A DNA stretch of 64,000 bases from Octopus vulgaris (lineage: Eukaryota). The translations under genes were made by a program, and so were the position numbers. Positions 1 to 13,700 of the stretch are shown here, one piece after another. The stretch lies in assembly GCA_951406725.2 (NCBI GenBank), contig OX597816.1, positions 117,986,001 through 118,050,000 on the forward strand, written 5' to 3'. How positions within the stretch are numbered: the stretch's first letter is position 1; each line of letters begins with the position of its first letter. The notes under the pieces are model-generated. The model was not told the origin of the DNA. It ran no database searches and saw nothing but the letters and a program-made list of their open reading frames with translations.

Positions 1-285
1 GTTTATCTCGAACAGGCAGCGCCTCTCGGTAGCACTGCCAGACAAGGTATTTCTGGAAGTTGTCCATAGGCCCAAACTCGAAAGTTCTCCAAAACAGACC
101 GGTTAGTTGATCTTCATCGACGCCCAGAGTTTCCCCGAGAACGTCGTCGCACTTTCCCTCCACTAGCCCTCTATAGAACGCTAGAGTAGAACTACCACCG
201 ACCGCATTGCCTGCCTGGCGGAGGTTTGTGAGCGCTTAACGGCACTCGAGGTGTCAAGCACCCCTCCTCGGTCTACGCCTAATCT
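1..285 (-). mobile_element. Tx1/L1-like LINE ORF2 C-terminal fragment (decayed)
   Basis: Minus strand reads ...QCYREALPVRDK, resembling the region just before the zf-RVT motif. Clearly homologous by eye to ~13360-13570. Confidence 0.6.
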
Positions 286-339
286 AGGATTACAACTAAG
301 TCAAAGAGAACAGCTATGGAAAAGCGTGTCTCCCAAACG

Positions 340-701
340 GTGACCACACCTGCTCACCATCAAGGAAACGCTGGAGATGATCATATCCCGAACAAATGCC
401 CTAGACTTGCCCAAAACCATTACAAGTTGTGGCGACACGACCAGGTAGCGAAAGTGCTACATTGGAAACTGCGAAAAGTGGGGGCCAGAGCGAGGCAAGA
501 CATAGTATGAGCACAAACTGCAGAGAGTGGCAGAGTTGAAGACTAGCAAAATCATCTGGGATTTCCCAGTACAAACAGATCAGGTGCTCGAATATAACAG
601 ACCGGACCTAGTGGTGGTGGACAAGCTGCACCACGTATGCTACATAGTTGATGTTGCATGCCCCTTTGCCCCACGTATAGTCAAGAAGGAAGGCGAAAAG
701 G

Positions 702-783
<82 letters not shown>

Positions 784-1069
784 CAACCCTCTTAAGTACG
801 AAATAGCCCGGCTATGGAAAGTGAAGGGGAAGATAGTGTCAATTATTGTTGGATCCTTGGGAACTGTATCAGAAGGCATTAAGAGAAATATAAAGGGAAT
901 TGGAATAGAGAGCCCAGTAGAACTGTTACAAAAGGTTTGCCTCCTTGGCACGGCCAGAATAATCAAGAAAGTATTATATAGCTGAAAAGAACGAATAGCA
1001 TGGTACCGTAGGCTGCGGGTAGTAAGCCTGCTATGAATGCAAGACTCCATGAGCTTCAACAAAACCTGT

Positions 1070-1070
<1 letters not shown>
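340..1070 (+). mobile_element. R4/Dong-like non-LTR retrotransposon 3' end (restriction-like endonuclease), frameshifted
   Basis: Motifs CPRLAQNHYK.RHDQVAKVLHW, IIWDFPVQTD..LEYNRPDLVVVDK..CYIVDVACPF and LLGTARII are RLE-clade C-terminal motifs. The element ends in (TAA)n. Confidence 0.85.
702..783. repeat. (GATA)n microsatellite inside the R4-like ORF
   Basis: About 20 perfect units seen directly. Confidence 0.95.
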
Positions 1071-1257
<187 letters not shown>

Positions 1258-1264
1258 ATGAATG

Positions 1265-1680
1265 AATGATCCTAGGATGAACAACCTGAGGGAAGTGTGG
1301 TAACTGTTGCTGCAAAAAAAAAAGTAAAATTAGTGGTAAAGAAAGAAAAGCGCATGAAATGATAGGTAGAAGCAGAAACTGGTGCATGGCAGATATGTGG
1401 CCTTTAATAAACAAGCTGACGTTGATCAGAAGCACAACCATCAGCGGCTACGAAGCTCAGGACTAAAGGCAGAGCGCGAAGGCTTCATTTTAGCTGCCCA
1501 AGATCAAAGCTTATCGACCCGGAACTACCAAGCCAATGTGATGAAGAAATGGAGTGCCGATTCTACAATGATGAGATTGAGACAGTGGACAACTTAATCT
1601 CTAGATGTAAATCAGTAGAGTATAAATCAAGAAATGACAGAATTGGCCAATATCTACCCTGGTTAATTATAAAAATCAAA
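1265..1680 (+). mobile_element. Second R4/Dong-like LINE fragment
   Basis: HGRY...LRSSGLKAEREGFILAAQDQSLSTRNYQA is the conserved AAQDQ block of R4/Dong ORFs. Confidence 0.8.
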
Positions 1681-2519
1681 ACTGTTTTGAGAAAAATATT
1701 GTCGCTGTGAGAACTATTACCATACACGCAAGTCATTTTTTACTACATAACTTTATTTAATTTTGTAAATGAACAATCTGGTGTGTTTATTTTAATGGCC
1801 TATCAATGTATACAGTGACTTCTTTGCCCTAGGTATCGGGAAGGCATTCGGTAAGCAATGGAAACAGAATTGAAAGAAAAAGACTAAATAATGATAATAA
1901 TGTCTCCTCTAAGATCTGCCACATGGTTCTCCAGTTTCTTCCATTTTATTTTACTTCTTTACAAGAGATTTGTTTACTTCTTTAAAATAAGGTTATTGAC
2001 GTGTTAGGTTTTGCTGATTGTCACAACTCGTGTTCTTCATCTAGCACTATGCATAGCAATAAAAATAAGTTATATACAGCTCTATCAATTCCAATAAAAT
2101 TGACAGGCTAAAATGGACAAAAATTTGATCCTTCCGAAATACAATTAATCCATTTTGCATAACCTATCAATTATCAAAGTGATGAAGTATGGTTAATGAG
2201 TCAATTATTAACACTACGGAAAATCCATTAAAATTCTTGGTGTTTAGTTACATTTTGTTTTAGAAATGGGGAAACTCATCTTAAGCATTCGTTGAAAGAA
2301 TTACTTGAACATGGCATGCTGTTATAATCATATTTAAAAATATCACTGTTTAACGTGCAAATAAATACGTGAAATTATAAGATGATATTATTATCAACGC
2401 TCAAATTTTATAGAATAGATGGGTATGGGAGGATACTAACCCTGTTTATCTTCAAGCTATTGAATAATTTTGTACTCATTCCTACTCCAAATAACAATTT
2501 ATTTATGAAACAAGATCAA

Positions 2520-2741
2520 GTCTTATTGGTCTCAAATTTTGGTACACGGCCAGTAATTTCAGCGGAATGGGTAAGTCGATTACATCGACCCCAGAGCGTA
2601 ACTGGTGCTTATTTCATCTACCTCGAAAGGATCAAAAACTGTCGACCTCGGCGGAATTTGAACTCAGAACGTAAAGACAGATGAAATACTACAATGCATT
2701 TTGCCCGGAATTCTAACGATTCTACCTGCTCGCCGCCTTAA
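2520..2741 (-). mobile_element. Cephalopod tRNA-derived SINE with Nin/Deu-like core
   Basis: Minus strand has the AAGGCGGCGAGC head, GTTCTGAGTTCAAATTCCGCCGAGGTCGAC (B-box-like) and CCTTTCGAGGTAGATGAAATAAGCACCAG. Many copies occur in the window. Confidence 0.75.
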
Positions 2742-2844
2742 TGATAATGGTTTCAAGGCAAAAAAAAAAAAAGAAAGGAAGAAAGAGCATAGCCAAACAA
2801 ATTGCCTCCTATACATTAAGCAGAAATGGTAGCAAAATGGTTGT

Positions 2845-2946
2845 AAGGCGGCGAGCTGGAACCTTGGGCAACTGTCTTCTACTATAGCCTCAGGCTGACC
2901 AAAGCCTTGTGAGTAGACTTGGTAGACGGAAACCGAAAGAGGCCTA

Positions 2947-2998
<52 letters not shown>

Positions 2999-3210
2999 GT
3001 ATGTGTGCTTTTGTATTTGTGTTTGTCCCTCACCACTGCTTGACAACTGGTGCCGGTATGTTTACGTCCCCGTATCTTAGCGGTTCGGCAAAAGAAACTG
3101 ATAGAGTAAGTACGAGGTTAAAAAATAAGTACTAGTATCGATCTATTTCAAGGCGATGCCCCAGCATGGCCGCAGTCAAATGACTGAAACAAGAAGAATA
3201 TAAAGAAAAC
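2845..3210 (+). mobile_element. Composite SINE with internal (TG)n and CCAGCATGGCCGCAGTCAAATGACTGAAAC tail
   Basis: The same family recurs at ~14020-14235, 20600-21150 (-), 44400-44935 and 60310-60565. Confidence 0.7.
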
Positions 3211-5009
3211 AAAAGATATGAAGAAGGACTTCTGTCGTTGTGGTTGTAGAATTTTGAGTGCTGGCAGCTATGACGTTCTGAAGTGCTCTGCTCTTTTCTC
3301 TTCCATTGCTCAGAAATCCTTAAAGTGGTCTGTTTTGCTACATGAACAACAGTTCGATCCTCTCCACAACTTACACTTGTCTGCACCCTTCTGATGCGAA
3401 CAACACATGGGACTCCAGAGATATACCTGTTTTACTCTACGAATGTGGATCCTCCGTAATCTTCCACCATTGCTACTATTTCTGCTTGGTCCCTGTGGTG
3501 TGGCACATTGGAGAACCATATCTTCGTCACCCATTTTTCCAAGTATAGTGGAATCATGACAAAATCTTGTGAAATGCACGTGGTAGTAGCAACACTTCTA
3601 GCCTTCACCTCGCTGTTACCGACAACAACAACGGTCCCATAGTGTTTGCCTCTTGTTAGGTATCCTACTGTGAGTCACACTTCCTGCAGGCATTTTCCCA
3701 CATATGCTGGACTGAGATACTATGCTTGTGCAATATGTTTGTTGTTTTTTGCTCTTTCTTACTACTATGTATAGACGTGATAAGTTTCTGGTATCCTGGG
3801 AGAGTAGTATCGCATTTATATCATTTTAAATGTTTCTTCTTGTGATCGAGTGACTGAATAATCTGCTCACTACCGATTTTTTAATCAAATGAAGTTTTCT
3901 TTCGAGTCTCTATGTTGTTGTTGTTGTTGTTGTCGTCGTCGTTGTCGTTCATTTTGTTTTCTTCAGTACTATTCAGTTGATTCGAAGCAGACGACGCCAA
4001 TTCATTTTTCCTCTCTGATTTAGTATCTCATTGCCATAGCTACAACAGTGATGTTGTTACTAAGACAGGCTCTAAGAAAACTCATATCTCCGCCTAGATC
4101 TCAGTCCGCCACTCTGTCTGTTGTTGCCCCTCTGCCCTCCCTCTCTCTCTCTTTTTCTAGTTCAACTTTCAACTTTCTTTCACTCCCTTATGTTATATTC
4201 TCCGCTGAACATTACAAATTCTTCACATGAATCCAAGTTTACTTTCTTATAAAAAAAAACTGATAATTTTCCCAATGCAAAATTTTAAAAACGTACGATT
4301 CCTTTGACTGAGAGAGGGTCGAGCAAAATGGAAAATCTCGCCAAGAAAAAATGCGGATTCATTCCTCTATACAGATAGCAAAAATTTTTAAACTAAAACA
4401 CATCTCAATACGCGTAAAAACTAAAAGAATTCGGTAATTTTACACAGCCGAGATCGAGTTCCCTGTCAATAACTATAGGTTTTGATTTAATCACTTGCCA
4501 ACAATTTTAGATGGAGGGTTTTAGTCGATACCTTCGACCGCAATACATGACTGGTACTTTATTTTGTCGATCTCAGAAGGATGAAAGGCTAAGTTTACCA
4601 CAGCGGGATTTAAACTCAAAATAAATACCGCCCTAATTTTCAATATATTAGTAAAGAAATATCAACTTCAAATTACACTGTAATTTTATAATATATGACA
4701 CAGAGCGGGAAAAAATGAGAAAAAGAGATCGTGTTTAAAAAGTTGAATGCATGATGTTTAAAAGAAATAAATATTTATTAGAAATTAATAAACAAATAAC
4801 AATGATATAGATGGCAGTATTATCGTAAACAGATTTATCATTTTATGAAATAATTATTGAACAATACAATTAATCAAAGATTTTGTTGGTTACATAAATG
4901 CCATATCCCCCTTAATTCTATACTGTAATGAACAGGTCGTATGACATCAGCTTTACGTTCTCTTGGAGACTATTCAGAAATTCCATGTAAAAATTATCAG
5001 CTTGAGAGA

Positions 5010-5238
5010 GATGAAATATTGGCTTCAAGTTTAGGCACAAGGACAGCAAATTCTGTGGCAGGGTGGGGGGCAATCGATTTCATCGACCCAGTACTTAACT
5101 GGTACTTATTTTATCGACTCTGAAAAGGACGAAAGACAAAGTCGACACTGACGGCATTTGAACTCGAACGTAAAGTCGAAAAAAAATTTTCACTCAGCAC
5201 TTTCTTCGGCACAGTTTCCATTCTGTCATCTCGCTGCC

Positions 5239-5278
<40 letters not shown>

Positions 5279-5520
5279 ATTGGTTTCAAATTTTGGCACA
5301 AGGCCAACAATTTCGGGGAAGGGGATTGGTTAGTTGATTACATCGACCCTAGTGCTCAACTGGTACTTATTTTATCGATCCCGAAAAGGATGAAAAGGCA
5401 AAGTCGACTTCGGCGGAATTTGAACTCAGAACGTAAAGACGGTTGAAATGTTACTAAGCATTTTGCCCGGCATGCTAACCATTCTGGTCGCTCGCCGCCT
5501 ACTACCAGCTCGCCGCCCAC
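5010..5520 (-). mobile_element. Two tandem Nin/Deu-core SINE copies separated by (GA)n
   Basis: The ACTGGTACTTATTTTATCGA..GAAAGGATGAAA..GGCAAAGTCGAC block occurs twice. Confidence 0.75.
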
Positions 5521-7034
5521 GGAGAGATGAAATATTAAAGTCAGGTTTTCAAAAAATTACCAATCTTAGAAACAATTCATTTTTTCAAGGATCTACCAAC
5601 CGTTAATAAGATTTTTCAATTCAAAGAAGCAATCAAAAAGTTTAACATTTGTTATTTTTTAAATTCATTTCATTAAACATTATCACAGGGCATTAGATAT
5701 AATCTATTTTGTTATCTGCTTCATACGGACGTTTTAATACTTTTATTTTATCTATTTATTTATTTTACTTTTTTTTCTGTTCTAGCCGTTCTTCATTTGA
5801 GCAGGGTCCGTTTGTTTTTATTCGTGTGTTTACAATATTGCTGCAGTCGACGGCTTTATACGGACGATTAAATTAATTGGATAAATAAATAAATAATATT
5901 TTATGTTTATTTTAATGATCTAGTCAAACTTCTGTCGACCTGTGAAAAAAAACCCAGAGAACTGTCTTGACTCAAGAATAGGATTGGAATGCAATTTCCT
6001 TTGTATTTGGATTTAATGACATTAAACTGCATTGAATTGAAACGACATGAAATTGTGCCGTGGCTAATCTACGATGGTTAATCTCCGCACGAAAGATGAC
6101 TGAGTGTTTTATTTGTGAAGGACAAATAGAAAGTTATAACGTTCGAGTATTTTCCTAGTGCTGTATTGCATTCCATAAATTTTCTAAGGTTCGAAGAAGA
6201 CTATAAATTGTTAGGAGAGAGAGAGAGAAATGCAGGCGATCGAGATACGTGGTTAGGTTATTATACTGTTTTATTTTATTCAAGACAAATTCCCCCACGA
6301 GAATTTTAACATGCAAAGTAAAAGAAGGAAACTAAAGGTATTTACATAAAGGTATTTATTATGGTGCTCTGTTTCTACTCTCCAGAGTCTTATCACAGTC
6401 CATAATGTTGAATTCAAAGCCACAGACTTGCAGAAGGAAAATATTCGATTAATTTGGATCTAGTACTTATTTTAAATCGTACACCCTTCTGGAATCGACA
6501 AGTAAGCATCAATCAACTACTGAGATCGATTAGATTAAAATTATTCCGCTTCCTAAATATATTGTCTTATGCTTAAGTCAGAAAGCAATGTTGCTTTCCA
6601 ACATACAAGTAAACACCGATTCTTAAGACAAATAGGTTTAAAATTTGGGCGATTAAACCAGTTTAAGTACTTGACAGATATTATATTTTATCGACCCCGG
6701 ATAGCTGAAAGGCAAAGTTGACTTCAGTGGGATTTAAACTCAGAATGTCAAGGGTAGTATTCTGAATATTTACCCGGCATTCTAACGATTCTACCAATCA
6801 ACTGTCCAACAAATTAGAATTTAATATTAAGAATGTGAGAGAGGTTACGAAGCAATACATTTTCAACTTAATTTACAACAAAAACTCCACTCATAAAAGT
6901 ATAATCTTGAGTTCAAAGTGTTGCTAGTTTGGGTTTAAGGTGAATGGCTACATGTAGAATACTGATTAAATATTGAGAATCATCCTAAACTAACACACCA
7001 ATTACTTCGTTATTTATGTTGAAACAAATGGGCA

Positions 7035-7197
7035 TCCTCTACTGAGAGGGAGTCTCTGCTGGGTCATCAAGAAAGGCTCTGCAAAACTAATGAAGGAATC
7101 TTCGCTGAGCCATCAAGGAAACTGATTCCATGGGGTAACCTCTACTGAGCTGCTAGGGAAGCTTTTACTGAGCCAACGAAAGAGCTTCTGCTGAGTC

Positions 7198-7248
<51 letters not shown>

Positions 7249-7460
7249 GAGAGAACAGCTGAGCCATCACGGGAATCTCTACTGAGCAAACGAGAGAACG
7301 TTTGGAAAACCAACATGGTAGTCTTTACTGAGCTAAGAAACCTCTGCTGAGCAATTAAAGAAGTTCTATTGAGCAAATGAAGGAGCTTCTGTTAAGACAC
7401 CAAGGAATCCTCTATTGAGCCAACGATGGAGCTTCTCTTGAGTCAACGAGGGAACCTCTA
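7035..7460. repeat. Degenerate 23-bp minisatellite (consensus about CTCTACTGAGCCAACGAAGGAAC) interrupted by (GA)n
   Basis: Consecutive 23-nt units such as tattgagcaaatgaaggagcttc, tattgagccaacgatggagcttc and tcttgagtcaacgagggaacctc. Confidence 0.75.
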
Positions 7461-7859
7461 TGCACTCATTCAATTTCCTATAAAAATCAGCCAAATCTTC
7501 TTCAAATCACACCCACTGTCTCCAAACAAACAAACATTAGACCATGTCCTAAATACGTTGTTTTTTTATGAAAAGGACGAGATTACAAAGGCGGAACGGC
7601 TTTAGTCAGATATCAGTATGATCAGAGTTGATCTGGGGCTCAATAATAATAAAATGATGTCTATATGTCCCTAGTGCAAAACCTATGAGTTGTTCCTGAA
7701 TATTTAATCCGTGCAGAGGATGAACTCGAGTTATTCAAAACAGATCCTGCTACCACCACCACCTCCGATGCTACTGCTGCTGTTGCTACAGGAGGACTAT
7801 TGTGTCAAAGGTGGGAAACTCTTTACCTGTATTCATATTTGTTCAGAAGTGACGATCTT

Positions 7860-8961
7860 TTTTTCCTGATGTAATATCAAGATGAGATTTTCATTTATTA
7901 AATATTTAACGGCTTATTTAAGGATAGTATACCGTGTAAGTAGGTTCTCAAAACGGACTTGCTGCTTTAATTAAGAAGGATACAAGACTGGAGTCTCATA
8001 TTTTAATAGTACCATTAGTATTCCTATTTTCTCATGGAATAAACATTATAAAATATATTAACTTCATTATTAAAAAGAATCAGAAATTGAACACGAGAGA
8101 ATTGAAATAAATTCAAAGAATATTGAGACAGAATATGGTGATTTAATGTACCTTTGCAAGGTGTGGCGACTCAGTAAAGGACACATACTCAAGTTATTTT
8201 ATGAGCTGGAAAATGAAATTAAACATTTTACAATATGAATTCTCATAGGAGGACAAAATATGGTTATATAATTTTGTTGACATCATTAGCCACTTAGATA
8301 ATTTATGGATGATAAAATGAATTCTCCTTATGAAATTAGAGGACAAACAACGGTTATGTGATTCTGTCGATATCAATCGCCTCTTACATTATCTAAGTTT
8401 GACATTATAAGGATCAAATCTGATTATTACCTCTCTTCTTGCCAGTATTAATTGTTCATAACTTAACTAAAGAAGCACCATTTAGCACATTTCCCCTTAC
8501 TGAAAGAACAGGAATTGGAATCGAGGGTGGAATATTTTACAGAGTGTTTCAAATTTGATGGCCAATTTCAAAAGAGTTTTCCATTACGAATGTATGAAAC
8601 TCCTTTAGATATGTCAACAGATGAAGTTCATCAACCCTTGAATCTCGAATTCATTTACAATCAGATTATACCTTAATGTCCAAATTTAATACCGTATCCA
8701 TCTCAGTATTTTATTAATCTTATGGGGTGGTTGACAAATTTCGGTTTTGAATTGAAAATTGTATCACTTATTTCTACTACTTACCGATCCGAACAGTTAT
8801 TTTTAATTTCACTTGATTTTTTTTTTTTCTTAGATTCACTCTCAGGAAACAGTTGCAGATAATAAAAATCTTGCAAACCAACTGAGAATTTCTACATCAT
8901 CAGCCCCATTTCAAATTTCTGAGATCTCCGAAGAATAAAACAGAAGCAACTTTCTCATTAA
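7860..8961 (+). pseudogene. Decayed hAT (Buster/SPIN/Charlie-type) transposase
   Basis: Fragments YLCKVWRLSKGHILK (compare VRWLSRGKVL), STTYRSEQLF (compare GSTYLCEQLFS) and terminal QLRIST...KQKQLSH-stop. Many frameshifts. Confidence 0.65.
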
Positions 8962-9274
8962 AATGTTGGATAAGAATACATTATTTTTTATCTATATATT
9001 ACTCTAGGGTATCTGGATAATTATCTGGATAATTATAGATAGATTTTTAATTACTGTTGTTTAATATATTTATGCATGTGATTGAACATAATTAAAGACA
9101 CTAAATTACGTTAATTCTTCACAAGTTTTTCATTACTCCTCCGATATTTTACATTCTTCTCAAATTGATCTATTTACTGTCAAATTTTTTTCAATCTTGT
9201 GAAATAATTTTTGATAACAAAGTATTTCAAATTTTACACAAGACCAGCAATGTTTTTGGGAAGGGGGTTACTCG

Positions 9275-9277
<3 letters not shown>

Positions 9278-9341
<64 letters not shown>

Positions 9342-9535
9342 GCAGCAAAAATAGAAGCGTGCTATTGTTATCAAATGAATGATATTTCTACATCTCGTGT
9401 GTCTTCTCAGGCTCAAAAAATAAACTTGTCAATCTACTTTATTTTAGTAGATGTCGAAATATCGTTGACTTGATAACAATGGCTCTCTTCTATTTTTACT
9501 TCTATATCTTCTGGAGGAGTTACCTCAGTCCTATA

Positions 9536-9568
<33 letters not shown>

Positions 9569-9590
9569 CATTATTATTATTATTATTATT

Positions 9591-9658
<68 letters not shown>

Positions 9659-9665
9659 CAACAAC

Positions 9666-9703
<38 letters not shown>

Positions 9704-9714
9704 TAATAATAATA
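9278..9714. repeat. (TAA)n / (TTA)n / (TAA,CAA)n arrays flanking an imperfect inverted repeat
   Basis: Seen directly. Inverted-repeat arms are at ~9345-9394 and ~9448-9497. Confidence 0.85.
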
Positions 9715-9716
9715 GC

Positions 9717-11370
9717 CATATGTTGAGAGGAATTCTTTAGTGCTTGAATATCAAGAGTCATTTTCCAAGGGGACTCGTTGTCCCCTTTAATATTTGTCAT
9801 ATGTTTGATCCCACCACCACCACCACCCACCACCTCCAGTTTGGTATTAAGGAAGGCAAAGGCAGGGTATCACTTCAGAAATAGTAAGGGAAGATTAATC
9901 ATTTGCTCTACATGAATGATCTGAAGCTTTTTAGTAAGAATGAGAAAGATATATACATAGATAAGTGAGCAATATTAGTCATGAGAAGGGGACAGGTAGT
10001 CAACAGCGAAAGCATCCAATTACCAGATGTTCAGACATTAAAATCATTGAAAGGAGGAGAGAGTTATAAATATGTAGGCGTATTAGAATCTGGCAGAGTA
10101 CTAACTACATAAATGAAAGCGAAAATTGAGAAGGAGTACATCAGAAGGGTGAGGAAGCTAATGAAGTCAAAGCTAAATAGTCCGAATCTAGTGACGGCTG
10201 TAAATACTTGGGCCGTATCATTACTTAGATACTCAGCAGCTTTTGTAGAATTGTATAAAAACTAAATTAGCAAAGCTAAACAGAAGAACTAGGAAGGAAT
10301 TCAATATGAATGGAGGACTCCACCCAAGGGCGGGAGTAGCAACATTATACTTACTTAGAAAGGGAGGCGGGAGAGGGTTAATATCAGAAGAAGGCTGTGT
10401 GGAGTTAGCTAGAGTAGATGTAGACTCCTCTGTAGATAATAGTGAAGAAAGTTTAAAAGGTACTAGAGTCACAGCAAGACATAGGGATACCAAAAACCCA
10501 AACGAACTTAAAAAATCAAGAAAAAGAACTGAAATTATCTGACTGGAGGAGAAGGCGTTGCATAGTAGATTCCCAAAGATAGTTGCAGCAAATAGTAGTA
10601 ATAAGGCATGGTTATGGTTGCAAAAAGGAAAGCTGAAGCAGAGGACAGAAAGTTTGTTAGTAGCTGCACAAGATCAAGCATTAAGGATTAACTGGATAAA
10701 AGCCAAAGTAGACAAAAATAAGTAGATTCCCAGTGTCGGTTATGTAAATCAAAAGAGGAAAGCGTTGCTCATATAGTAAATGAATGTAACATGCTGGCAC
10801 AGAAAGAATACAAGACATGACAACCTAGGGAGAATAATCCACTAGGTGTTATGTAGAAAGGTAGGATTTGACCATACTAATAAATGGTATGAACATGAAC
10901 CTAACAAAGTACCAGAAAGTAAGAAATACAAAATGTAGGACTTTAACATTCAGACTGACACAGTAATTGAAGCTAGAAGGCTTGATTTAGTAGAAGGTAG
11001 ATAAAAAGAATAGTAAGCGCCAGATAATTGATTTTACAATCCCAAATGAGGAAAAAACCAATATGAAAGGTATAGAAAAAAATAGCAAAGTACCAGGACC
11101 TAGCCATTGAAATGTAGAGACTATGGAAAGTACTGGTAAAATTTATCCCAGTAGTTATAGGTGCATTGGGAACTATCTCTAAAGATCTGAACAGATGGAT
11201 AGAGGAAATAGGCATAAGCAGATGGATGGAGTAAATAGGCATAAGACCCAGTTTAGTACACCTGCAGAAATCAGTGTTATTGGGGACAGCTAGGATATTT
11301 AGGAGGGTTCTTGGCATCTATGTTTACTTGTTGTAGCCCGATGTTAAGATTTTTTTCTTTCCAACAGTCT
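9717..11370 (+). mobile_element. 5'-truncated R4/Dong-like LINE (RT C-terminal half plus RLE), decayed
   Basis: IFQGDSLSPL, INHLLYMNDLKLF (YMDD variant), GGLHPRA..LYL.RK.GGRGL, AAQDQAL, CRLC...E..AHI..EC and LLGTARIFRRVL. Flanked by (TAA)n on both sides. Confidence 0.9.
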
Positions 11371-11389
11371 AATCTGTTGTGTATATATT

Positions 11390-11466
<77 letters not shown>

Positions 11467-11597
11467 CAACAACAACAACAACAACAACTACAACAACAAC
11501 TATAATAATAATAATAATAATAATAACAACAACAACAATAACAATAACAATAATAATAATAATAATTATTATAATAATAATAATAATAATAATAATA

Positions 11598-12233
<636 letters not shown>

Positions 12234-12252
12234 TAATAATAAAATAAAACTA

Positions 12253-12325
<73 letters not shown>

Positions 12326-12327
12326 GT

Positions 12328-12665
12328 GTCATAATTGGTCTAGACACCTAAACTCTGATGTCTGGATGTTAAAACTTGTCTCAAAGCATGAAAACAAGAA
12401 AGTATCATACTCATTAACAAAACAGGCAAAGGAATATCTGAGTTCCAAATGCAACAAATTCCTTTTGAGTGGGGTGGGATACTCGACCTGAAGAAAATTC
12501 TTACTGGGTCCCACCTGCAAAGTCATGCGCTGTTTATCTTGATAGATCATCATGTCGCGCAGATATAGTTGGGATGCATGTACCTGGTGTACCCTTATCA
12601 GACCGGTAGTCATGATGGATATACTGGGTTTCGTATATTTTACCCCAATGTCATTTTGATGGCTC
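12328..12665 (+). mobile_element. Internal-deletion fragment of an R4/Dong-like LINE between (TAA)n tracts
   Basis: LVSKHENKKVSYSLTKQAKEYL and IIMSRRYSWDA...IRP resemble R4/Dong ORF segments. Confidence 0.5.
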
Positions 12666-12689
12666 TCAATAATAATAATAATGCCTTCT

Positions 12690-13700
12690 TTATTGACCAC
12701 TAAGGGTCCACAAAAAAATTGGGGACAGTACAGCGGGAGTTACATAAATTGAAGCGTGTAAACAGTAAAATAAAAACGATATAAATTTTAACGAAAAATT
12801 TCCCAAAACGCATGACCTCTTAGGGTTTGTCTTGGAGATCATACAAAACAACAGTAACATTGACTACAAGGGCATGTGCCCTCTCCACATTGACCTCCTC
12901 AGTCTACAGGCGCATGCTTAGAGTAAGCCAGTTCACTCGAACCATTCTTGCTGCATTCACCCATCTTCCAATAAAATTGCTGGGAGGCAACGCATCCCTC
13001 TTTACCCTCATCTTCCTTTTCAAATGACGCTTGAAAAAGTTGACAAAAGTTTGCCAAAGAGAACAGTGTCTGTCTTCAGCCCTTTCAATCTGGTCTACCA
13101 CACAACCTCTTTCGCTGAGGCCACCAGACAAATAAACATTGTCTACCCTTCCTGGTCAAACGAAGGCGGCGGGACGACCTTCACAATGAACTCAGCCGAT
13201 AGCAAGATCCATTCTACACCTGACAGCAGATGTTCGACATTAACCCACAAGTCAGCAAAGCTCAGACACTGAACTAGAAGGTAGAGAACAGTTTCGTTGC
13301 TCTGCGCGCATCTCGAGCAACCTCGGCTGACGGCACTTCCAAGCTTGTAGAGTTAATTCTGAACCGGCAATGCTCCCCATAATACTGCCAGGCCAGGTAT
13401 TTCTGAAAATTACCCAAGGAGCTCCGGCCCAAAAGTACTCCAGAACAAACCAGCCAGCTAATTCTCGTCGACGCCCAGAGTCTCTCCGAGAGCGTGATCG
13501 CACTTGCTCTCCACTAACCCTCTGTAGAACACCAAAGCGGAACTTCCACTGACCGCATTGCTTGACTGACAGAAGAATGCGTTCATAGGAAAACCTCCGA
13601 CCCCCGAAGAAATAGGGCTGTCCATCCCCTATCAGAGCATAAACTTTGAACGTACCCGCCTTACGTGATTAACGCTCCCACGGTTATATCATTGAGACCT
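12690..13700 (-). mobile_element. Tx1/L1-like LINE 3' portion (zf-RVT region plus 3' UTR)
   Basis: Minus strand FFKRHLKRKMRVKRDALPPSNFIGRWVNAARM plus C..C..ET.L..LVQC-like remnants. Tail GGACCCTTAGTGGTCAATAAAGAA. Confidence 0.7.

Noticed and set aside
3210-3900. Moderately GC-rich stretch with short ORFs on both strands
   Set aside because: No recognisable domain or splice pattern; probably old TE debris.
7035-7460. CRISPR-like periodicity
   Set aside because: Units are contiguous and degenerate with no unique spacers, the context is eukaryotic, and there are no cas genes.
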